A DNA stretch of 64,000 nucleotides. Origin: a virus. The notes beneath the pieces were generated by a model that saw nothing but the letters and a program-made list of their open reading frames with translations, was not told the origin of the DNA and did no database searches. The position numbers were made by a program, and so were the translations under genes. This document shows, piece by piece, positions 58,505 to 64,000 of the stretch (the first letter of the stretch is position 1; each line of letters begins with the position of its first letter). The DNA lies in IMG/VR virus record IMGVR_UViG_3300048694_000674, positions 64,001 to 128,000 of that record. One strand, 5' to 3'.

Positions 58505-58684
58505 ATGGGTAATTATTATATTCAAGCACAGGATAAGTCGGGTGTTTGGCGTACATATCATGTAACACCAGCAAGTCCAAATATGCAAAGAGTTTTGTCA
58601 GAAATGCAATCGTTGAAGCGATCATTTCCTGATTATCGAGTTCGTACCATTGATGATAATGGACGAGTGGTAGATATTCTATAA
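58505..58684 (+). CDS. Small hypothetical protein (59 aa)
   Basis: GAGGAG RBS; internal promoter TTGACA-N17-TATACT at 58287-58315 upstream. Confidence 0.6.
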   Translation: MGNYYIQAQDKSGVWRTYHVTPASPNMQRVLSEMQSLKRSFPDYRVRTIDDNGRVVDIL

Positions 58685-58750
58685 AAGAATATCAAATTGT
58701 GAAATATATCTCATCAAGATGTATAAATAATGTTTAACATGGAGAAACTA

Positions 58751-59011
58751 ATGTCTAAGACTAATCAGGTATTGCAAGCATTTTTGAATGGTGAAGCTCT
58801 TACTGCTTCTCAAATTACAGCTCGTTATGGTATTGCGAATCCTCATGACACTGTTTATAATCTTCGTAACTCTGGATACGCTGTGTATCTGAATACTAAG
58901 AAGAATTCGAAAGGTGTCAGTGTTTCCAAGTATCGTCTCGGCGCGCCAACTCGTAAGGTTGTAGCAGCTGGGATCGCCGCTCTAGGTGTTCGGGAAGCTG
59001 GTCTCGTCTAA
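58751..59011 (+). CDS. Small helix-turn-helix DNA-binding protein
   Basis: GEALTASQITARYGIANP..TVYNLR.SGYAVYLN; GGAG RBS; TATAAATA at 58722. Confidence 0.65.
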   Translation: MSKTNQVLQAFLNGEALTASQITARYGIANPHDTVYNLRNSGYAVYLNTKKNSKGVSVSKYRLGAPTRKVVAAGIAALGVREAGLV

Positions 59012-59035
59012 AAGATAAGAAATAACTTATCGAAG

Positions 59036-59065
59036 GGGCGGGACTGAAAAGTACCCGCCTTTTTT
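59036..59065 (+). terminator. Intrinsic terminator
   Basis: GGCGGG...CCCGCC followed by a T-run. Confidence 0.75.
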
Positions 59066-59070
59066 AGTGC

Positions 59071-59123
59071 TTTACTTTTTTAGTGAAGTATGGTAATATA
59101 AAGAATATGCTGTTTGACATTGT
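59071..59123 (+). promoter_or_regulatory. tRNA-operon promoter (TTTACT-N17-TAATAT) and boxA-like TGCTGTTTGACA
   Basis: Same GTGCTTTACT -35 context as the early promoters; boxA-like at 59108-59119. Confidence 0.55.
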
Positions 59124-59159
59124 TAGAAACCTTTGAGACAACTTCGGTTGTCTCTTCAT

Positions 59160-59264
59160 GGGTGTATCAGAGCGTGGTCTGGCGCAAAGACTGCTAGGCT
59201 TCTCAGTCCGTCTTATTCGCGATACAACGACGGTGGTGACAGAAGTTAGATAGCTGGTACATCC
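59160..59264 (+). ncRNA. Candidate structured ncRNA at the head of the tRNA cluster
   Basis: GGGTGTATCAG pairs with CTGGTACATCC; internal CTTCT/AGAAG, CCGTC/GACGG and GTCT/AGAC stems. Confidence 0.5.
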
Positions 59265-59279
59265 TTGAAGAGATAATGA

Positions 59280-59356
59280 TGGCGCATAGCTCAGTTGATT
59301 AGAGCACGCGATTGATAATCGTGAGGTCGATGGTTTGAGTCCATCTGTGCCAACCA
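59280..59356 (+). tRNA. tRNA-Ile(GAT)
   Basis: Cloverleaf, TT-GAT-AA loop, CCA. Confidence 0.9.
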
Positions 59357-59360
59357 ATAC

Positions 59361-59434
59361 TGGGAAATCGTCTAATGGTAGGACTACGGTTTTTGGGTCC
59401 GTCTATCGGGGTTCGAGTCCCTGTTTCCCATCCA
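59361..59434 (+). tRNA. tRNA-Gln(TTG)
   Basis: TGGGAAA/TTTCCCA acceptor, TT-TTG-GG loop, CCA. Confidence 0.85.
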
Positions 59435-59442
59435 ATAAGTTT

Positions 59443-59517
59443 CTGCGTGTCGCCTAGCCTGGTGTGGCACTTCGTTTGGGACGAAGAATAACGGGAGTTC
59501 AAATCTCTCCACGCAGA
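59443..59517 (+). tRNA. tRNA-Pro(TGG), no encoded CCA
   Basis: CTGCGTG/CACGCAG acceptor, TT-TGG-GA loop. Confidence 0.88.
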
Positions 59518-60209
59518 CATAAGCGACTCCGATGTATAAATAGTAATGTCAATAAAACTGTTATACATCGGAGTGCAGCTTGTTTTATACGATCTATAAA
59601 ATTACTAACAAAATAAACAATAAATTCTATATTGGGATGCATAAAACCAATAATTTAGATGATGGTTACATGGGTTCTGGTAAGCTTATTAGAAGAGCCA
59701 TCTCTAAACATGGAATAGAAAATTTCACTAAAGAAATTCTTCATGTGTTTGATAACGAACAAGATATGAAAAATAAAGAGAAACAGCTTGTTATTCTTTC
59801 TGAAAACACCTACAATCTTTGTGATGGTGGTAAAGGCGGATTTGGTTACATCAATTCGAATCCAGAAAAGTTTTTAACAGAAAAGAGATTAAAATCTCTT
59901 TGGACATCAGAAAAAAGAATAAATCGTTGGCGGGAAAAATATAAAAATGATGTAAAATTTAGAAATGATTGTTTAGAAAGATCTAGGCATGCATTGAAAA
60001 AATATAAAGAAAAATATCCAAAAAGTGCATTTTTTGGGCGAACCCATTCTGAGGAAACAAAAAATAAGATGCGTAAGTCGAAAAATGCTGGTGAAAAAAA
60101 TTCACAGTACGGAACTTGTTGGATAACCAATGGTCAAGAAAATAAAAAGATCAAAAAAGAAGAACTTGACAAATTTATCGAATTAGGTTATTATAAAGGT
60201 AGAATAATT
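59518..60209 (+). mobile_element. Homing-endonuclease cassette A (hairpin leader, GIY-YIG ORF, outward promoter)
   Basis: Shares ends CATAAGCGACTC... and ...GTAGAATAATT with 61773-62457. Confidence 0.7.
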
Positions 60210-60224
60210 AAATTACAAGAATGA
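59580..60224 (+). CDS. GIY-YIG (SegB-like) homing endonuclease
   Basis: TIYKITN...FYIGMH...YMGSG...E...YNL; NUMOD3-like GRTHSEETK; TTG start. Confidence 0.88.
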   Translation: MFYTIYKITNKINNKFYIGMHKTNNLDDGYMGSGKLIRRAISKHGIENFTKEILHVFDNEQDMKNKEKQLVILSENTYNLCDGGKGGFGYINSNPEKFLTEKRLKSLWTSEKRINRWREKYKNDVKFRNDCLERSRHALKKYKEKYPKSAFFGRTHSEETKNKMRKSKNAGEKNSQYGTCWITNGQENKKIKKEELDKFIELGYYKGRIIKLQE

Positions 60225-60392
60225 ACCGTAGGAATGACAGTCTGACTGTCTGATAGTCGGGTAATACAAGCAGAGTGGTTTCTGTGAGTACCGAGTCGCC
60301 TATGCCTCTTGTCGTTGCACTAACCAGCAACGATCGTGTGAGAGAGGGCGCTGTCGCCGAGCAGCAGGAGAGCGTAGGATATACGCATCGGC
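60225..60392 (+). ncRNA. Candidate GC-rich multi-hairpin ncRNA
   Basis: Stems CTGACT/AGTCGG, GCAGA/TCTGT, TCGTTGC/GCAACGA, GCTG/CAGC, GCGTA/TACGC in a non-coding gap. Confidence 0.45.
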
Positions 60393-60400
60393 AATAATTT

Positions 60401-60484
60401 GGAGGTATGCGAGCAAGGTGCTCAAACGGTCTTGAAAACCGTGCCACCGCAAGGTTGATGGTTCGATTCCTTGTACCTCCGCCA
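60401..60484 (+). tRNA. tRNA-Ser(TGA)
   Basis: CT-TGA-AA loop, long variable arm, G73, CCA. Confidence 0.88.
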
Positions 60485-60487
60485 AAT

Positions 60488-60561
60488 ATCAGTGTCGTAT
60501 AATGGTAGTACAACTGTCTCCAAAACCGTTAGTGTGGGTTCGATTCCTACCACTGGTGCCA
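60488..60561 (+). tRNA. tRNA-Trp(CCA)
   Basis: CT-CCA-AA loop, GTTCGA T-loop, CCA. Confidence 0.85.
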
Positions 60562-60602
60562 TCAATAAATATTACAAATACAACTCTATCGGAGTAAATC
60601 AA

Positions 60603-60965
60603 ATGAAAGCATTGGTAGTAGCAAGTATCGTAGCACTTTCATTAGCTGGTTGCGCAAGTACATCTGGTCCAAACCAAACAATTGGAACTGGTGTTGGTGC
60701 AGTTGGTGGATATGGTGTTGCAAGAGCATTAGGAGCAGGACCAGCTGGATCTGCATTAGGAGCTGTTGCTGGTGCTTTGATTGGTAATGAAGTTGGTAGA
60801 AGTATTGATGCTCCGAGACCACAGGTCATCGTTCAAGAGCCGAGATATATTGTACAACAACCAAGATATATTGCTCCTCCACCGCCTCGTCGTATCAGCT
60901 GTTATAGCGTATGGGACAATTACCATGGTCGTTATGTAGAGCGCAGAGTTTGTAATAGATATTAA
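60603..60965 (+). CDS. Glycine-zipper 2TM lipoprotein (SlyB/17-kDa antigen-like)
   Basis: Signal peptide with LAGC lipobox, then GAVGG...GAVAGALIGNEVGRSID. Confidence 0.8.
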   Translation: MKALVVASIVALSLAGCASTSGPNQTIGTGVGAVGGYGVARALGAGPAGSALGAVAGALIGNEVGRSIDAPRPQVIVQEPRYIVQQPRYIAPPPPRRISCYSVWDNYHGRYVERRVCNRY

Positions 60966-60973
60966 AAGATTAT

Positions 60974-61052
60974 TCCCAGGAATCCGAGCATGGTGCATGG
61001 ACTTGCCTGTTAAGCAATGATTAGGTGGGATCGTTACCCACACTGGGAGCCA
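60974..61052 (+). tRNA. tRNA-Asn(GTT)
   Basis: CT-GTT-AA loop, atypical ATCGTTA T-loop, G73, CCA. Confidence 0.8.
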
Positions 61053-61149
61053 AGCTCATAGGGCATAAAGACGTTATGTCGAGTAATCGCAATTTGCGGC
61101 TAAATGATAACCAAATTGTCACCTTGTGTGGCTCCCTATCGAAATCAAT

Positions 61150-61225
61150 GCGAGATTAGCTCAGCTGGGAGAGCGTCTGTTTTACACGCAGAATGTCGGC
61201 AGTTCGATCCTGTCATCTCGCACCA
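61150..61225 (+). tRNA. tRNA-Val(TAC)
   Basis: TT-TAC-AC loop, CCA. Confidence 0.9.
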
Positions 61226-61282
61226 TTTGTTTTTAAACGACTAACATTAGATCCTATTCTTATCCGTTTTATATCATTCTTT

Positions 61283-61359
61283 GGTCTGTTAGTTCAGTTG
61301 GTCAGAACACTCGCCTGTCACGCGAGAGGTCATGGATTCGAGTTCCATACAGATCGCCA
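61283..61359 (+). tRNA. tRNA-Asp(GTC)
   Basis: CT-GTC-AC loop, G73, CCA. Confidence 0.9.
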
Positions 61360-61378
61360 CTTTATGATGGAGTATATA

Positions 61379-61699
61379 ATGAATTCGCACGTGAGTTATG
61401 AATACAATATGATGACACTTGTAGCCAATGCTTGGATCAATGGTGGTAATCTTAATGATCCTATCGTTGTCAATAATATGTGTGGTATGGTATTATATAC
61501 AACAGCAAGTAAGATCATTTTATATTTGTATGCAAATGAAGGTTTAGTGATTCCAGATGATATTCTAGAAATCTTAAATAAGGTTGTGCTTCAGATTACA
61601 ACTCTTGTTCCAGAACTTCGTACAGAAGTCCAAGAAGAAAAGTTACAACCAAAAGATTTTTTGAAGTTACAAAAATTTATCGATGATAATATAAGTTAA
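61379..61699 (+). CDS. Hypothetical protein within the tRNA cluster
   Basis: GGAG RBS, ATG 61379; the upstream extension overlaps tRNAs. Confidence 0.55.
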   Translation: MNSHVSYEYNMMTLVANAWINGGNLNDPIVVNNMCGMVLYTTASKIILYLYANEGLVIPDDILEILNKVVLQITTLVPELRTEVQEEKLQPKDFLKLQKFIDDNIS

Positions 61700-61700
61700 T

Positions 61701-61772
61701 GTTGCTTGGGTGGGACGGTAACGCGCAGGTCTGCAAAACCTTGAGAATCCAGTTCAACTCTGGAAAGCAACT
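61701..61772 (+). tRNA. tRNA-Cys(GCA), no encoded CCA
   Basis: GTTGCTT/AAGCAAC acceptor, CT-GCA-AA loop, U73. Confidence 0.82.
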
Positions 61773-62457
61773 CATAAGCGACTCTGATGTATAAATAGCT
61801 ATATGTAAGTCTCTTTATACATCGGAGTGCAGCTTGTTTTATACAATCTATAAAATTACTAATAATCTTAATGATAAGTTTTATGTTGGTAAACATAAAA
61901 CTATCGATCTTAACGATGGTTATATGGGTTCTGGTAAACTTATCAAACACGCCATAGAAAAATATGGCTTAGAAAACTTTACTAAAGAGATTTTGCATGT
62001 TTTTGATAATGAAGAAGACATGAATAATAAAGAGAAAGCACTTGTTGTATTATCAGAAGAGTCATATAATCTATGTCTAGGCGGTCATGGTGGATTCGGT
62101 TATATCAATAGTAATGAATCGCTGAGAATAGAAAAGAATAAAAAAGCCATGAGAACTGTTATCACCAAATACAAAGAAAAAATGAGTGAATGGGGTTCTA
62201 AGGGCGGTAAAAAGAAATATGAAAAATATGGTGTTAATGAAAAATGGCTTCAAGCTGGACGAACTTCATTTTTGGGAAAACAACATTCGAAAGAAACTAA
62301 AGAATCGATAGGTTTGAAGAATTCTATACACCAGACTGGATCTAAGAATTCTCAATATGGAACCTGTTGGATTACCAACGGTAAAGAAAATAAAAAGATC
62401 AAGAAAGAAGAACTTGACATTTGGATAGAAAAGGGCTATTATAGAGGTAGAATAATT
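61773..62457 (+). mobile_element. Homing-endonuclease cassette B
   Basis: Paralog of cassette A with the same leader and right end. Confidence 0.7.
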
Positions 62458-62472
62458 GCGGGTCTGGTATAG
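61834..62472 (+). CDS. GIY-YIG (SegB-like) homing endonuclease
   Basis: TIYKITN...FYVGKH...YMGSG; stop codon lies inside tRNA-Gly. Confidence 0.88.
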   Translation: MFYTIYKITNNLNDKFYVGKHKTIDLNDGYMGSGKLIKHAIEKYGLENFTKEILHVFDNEEDMNNKEKALVVLSEESYNLCLGGHGGFGYINSNESLRIEKNKKAMRTVITKYKEKMSEWGSKGGKKKYEKYGVNEKWLQAGRTSFLGKQHSKETKESIGLKNSIHQTGSKNSQYGTCWITNGKENKKIKKEELDIWIEKGYYRGRIIAGLV

Positions 62473-62533
62473 AAAGATGTGCCCTAGCCTTCCAAGCTAG
62501 AGAGGACCAGAGCGTTACTGGCGACCCGCTCCA
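62458..62533 (+). tRNA. tRNA-Gly(TCC), atypical T-loop
   Basis: GCGGGTC/GACCCGC acceptor, CT-TCC-AA loop, U73, CCA; T-loop AGCGTTA. Confidence 0.8.
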
Positions 62534-62538
62534 TTCTT

Positions 62539-62608
62539 GTCGCTGTCAGTACTGATGGGAAGTACAGATGGACAACACTAGGACACCGTTCGAATCGGAG
62601 CAGCGACA
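62539..62608 (+). ncRNA. tRNA-like element without a proper anticodon arm
   Basis: Acceptor GTCGCTG/CAGCGAC, D-arm GTAC/GTAC, TTCGAAT T-loop; anticodon region poorly paired; no CCA. Confidence 0.55.
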
Positions 62609-62618
62609 CTCAAATAAT

Positions 62619-62695
62619 GCGCATGTAGTCCAATGGCAGGAGACGACAGTCTTAGAAGCTGTACAGTGTAAGTTCGAGTCTTACCATGCGCACCA
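62619..62695 (+). tRNA. tRNA-Leu(TAG), short variable arm
   Basis: CT-TAG-AA loop, A73, CCA. Confidence 0.85.
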
Positions 62696-62699
62696 ATAT

Positions 62700-62773
62700 G
62701 CCATCTTAGTGTAATGGTAGCACAAGAGTTTGTGGCACTCTTAGCACTGGATCGTAACCAGTAGATGGTACCA
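62700..62773 (+). tRNA. tRNA-His(GTG), no G-1, A73
   Basis: TT-GTG-GC loop, GCCATCT/AGATGGT acceptor, CCA. Confidence 0.85.
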
Positions 62774-62782
62774 TAAGAATAT

Positions 62783-62866
62783 GCTGAGGACGCCTGAGTG
62801 GACGGGCACCCGACTGTAAATCGGACGCTTATAGCATGGTAGGTTCGAACCCTACTCTCAGCACCA
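62783..62866 (+). tRNA. tRNA-Tyr(GTA)
   Basis: CT-GTA-AA loop, long variable arm, CCA. Confidence 0.88.
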
Positions 62867-62870
62867 AATT

Positions 62871-62943
62871 GCCGATGTAGCTCAGTTGGGAGAGCAATCG
62901 CTTCATACGCGACAGGTCGCTGGTTCAAGTCCAGCTTTCGGCA
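62871..62943 (+). tRNA. tRNA-Met(CAT), elongator type (Ile2 not excluded)
   Basis: TT-CAT-AC loop; no encoded CCA. Confidence 0.8.
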
Positions 62944-62945
62944 CT

Positions 62946-63021
62946 GGGGGATTAGCTCAGTTGGGAGAGCGACTGCCTTGCACGCAGTAGGTCAACGGTT
63001 CGATTCCGTTATCCTCCACCA
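62946..63021 (+). tRNA. tRNA-Ala(TGC)
   Basis: CT-TGC-AC loop, G3:U70, CCA. Confidence 0.92.
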
Positions 63022-63028
63022 TTTTTTT

Positions 63029-63104
<76 letters not shown>

Positions 63105-63219
63105 GAGATCGAAATGTGGGGACACCGCACAATAGATAGGCGCCATCTGCGCTGCGCAGGTATAATGCAAGGGTGTTAGGTTTTGATAGTTTGTACCTTA
63201 AACAACTATCAGAGTTTAT

Positions 63220-63295
63220 TGCGGGGTAGAGAAGCGGCATCTCGTCAGCCTCATAAGCTGAAGATCGTGGGTTCGAGTCCCACCCTACGCAACCA
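63220..63295 (+). tRNA. tRNA-Met(CAT), initiator-like
   Basis: GCGGGGTAGAG...CTCGTCAGCCTCATAAGCTGAAG resembles bacterial tRNA-fMet; CCA. Confidence 0.8.
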
Positions 63296-63359
63296 AATTA
63301 GCTATTTACTTTTATTCCGTTATCAGGTATACTATGTGTATATGATGGAGTTCATGACT

Positions 63360-63593
63360 ATGAGTAATGTAGTTTATCTATATAACAGGATAAATAGGAA
63401 GCTTGGCGAAATAAATGGAGTAGTTGTTGAGCATCCTCAAACATGCTACGAATATCTACTCCTTTGTAAAAGGTTTCTAACAGACAACGACTATAGAGAA
63501 GTTCTCTGTGCTATTATGGATCTCGATTACTATAACAAAGCCGAAAAACAGATACAAAAGGTTGTTGACGCTTATCGAGAATTTCGAGTCTGA
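63360..63593 (+). CDS. Hypothetical protein
   Basis: Promoter TTTACT-N17-TATACT at 63305-63333, GGAG RBS. Confidence 0.55.
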   Translation: MSNVVYLYNRINRKLGEINGVVVEHPQTCYEYLLLCKRFLTDNDYREVLCAIMDLDYYNKAEKQIQKVVDAYREFRV

Positions 63594-63620
63594 ATAAATA
63601 TATTACTAGTATGGTTTTTT

Positions 63621-63695
63621 GGACCCATAGCTCAATGGTAGAGTAGCGGTCTTTTAAACCGTTGGTTTCGGGTTCGAGTCCCGATGGGTTCACCA
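63621..63695 (+). tRNA. tRNA-Lys(TTT)
   Basis: CT-TTT-AA loop, CCA. Confidence 0.9.
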
Positions 63696-63841
63696 TTTCT
63701 TTTTAAAGTTTTTTATTATGAATATTCGTGAAATATTATGTGTTTTTATTATGTGTAATTGGATGGCAATATCAGTTGGTATTATGCTGTTTGCCATTCT
63801 AATCTTGAAGTGACTATCTTAAACAACTATGGAGTAAACAA

Positions 63842-64000
63842 ATGCAAAAGACTATCGTAACGGCGCTTGCTATTCTTGCGTCAACAGCTGTAGCTTCCGC
63901 TACTGATCTGCCAAGCAAGAAGGCACCTGCTGTTCCTGTATTTGCGCAGAGCCAGTATTATGTCGGTGGCAATGTCGGGGCAACAACAGGAGCAGATCGC
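63842..64000 (+). CDS. Omp25/Omp31/RopB-like outer-membrane protein, 3'-truncated
   Basis: GGAG RBS; signal peptide, then ATDLPSKKAPA...YYVGGNVG. Confidence 0.65.
   Translation, partial: MQKTIVTALAILASTAVASATDLPSKKAPAVPVFAQSQYYVGGNVGATTGADR

Noticed and set aside
60401-62695. Stop-codon reassignment suggested by TGA and TAG in tRNA loops
   Set aside because: These are anticodons for Ser (UCA) and Leu (CUA) codons; core genes are full length in the standard code.

Overview
A 64-kb segment of a large, AT-rich T4-like myovirus genome. All credible genes are on the + strand. The host is most likely an alphaproteobacterium, judged from a tRNA-His without G-1 and with A73, an Omp25/Omp31-type membrane protein and a boxA-like leader. 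Order: (1) 1-25.5 kb, a baseplate/tail-fibre/adhesin region interleaved with glycosyltransferases, a methyltransferase, a cupin and a 2OG-Fe(II) oxygenase; (2) 25.5-42 kb, core neck, terminase, tail, portal, prohead and capsid genes (gp13-gp23, gp3) with two GIY-YIG homing endonucleases; (3) 42-55.5 kb, uvsY, uvsW, gp55, gp47, gp46, a probable DNA-hypermodification cluster (TET/JBP dioxygenase, T4 BGT-like glycosyltransferase, dUTPase-like, HAD), gp45, gp44, gp62, regA; (4) 55.5-59 kb, small early genes behind IHF-type promoters; (5) 59-64 kb, 17 tRNA genes plus a tRNA-like element, candidate structured ncRNAs and two related endonuclease cassettes. The strongest leads are the TET plus BGT-like module ending in a sliding-clamp-type motif, a 448-bp circularly permuted copy of a foreign allele of the prohead-core gene inserted cleanly into an early gene, fibre-tip cassettes that carry their own tailoring enzymes next to N-x-S/T-rich fibres, endonuclease cassettes docked at tRNA 3' ends, and a peptide deformylase that lacks its catalytic residues. 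All family assignments are by motif recognition; no database searches were run.
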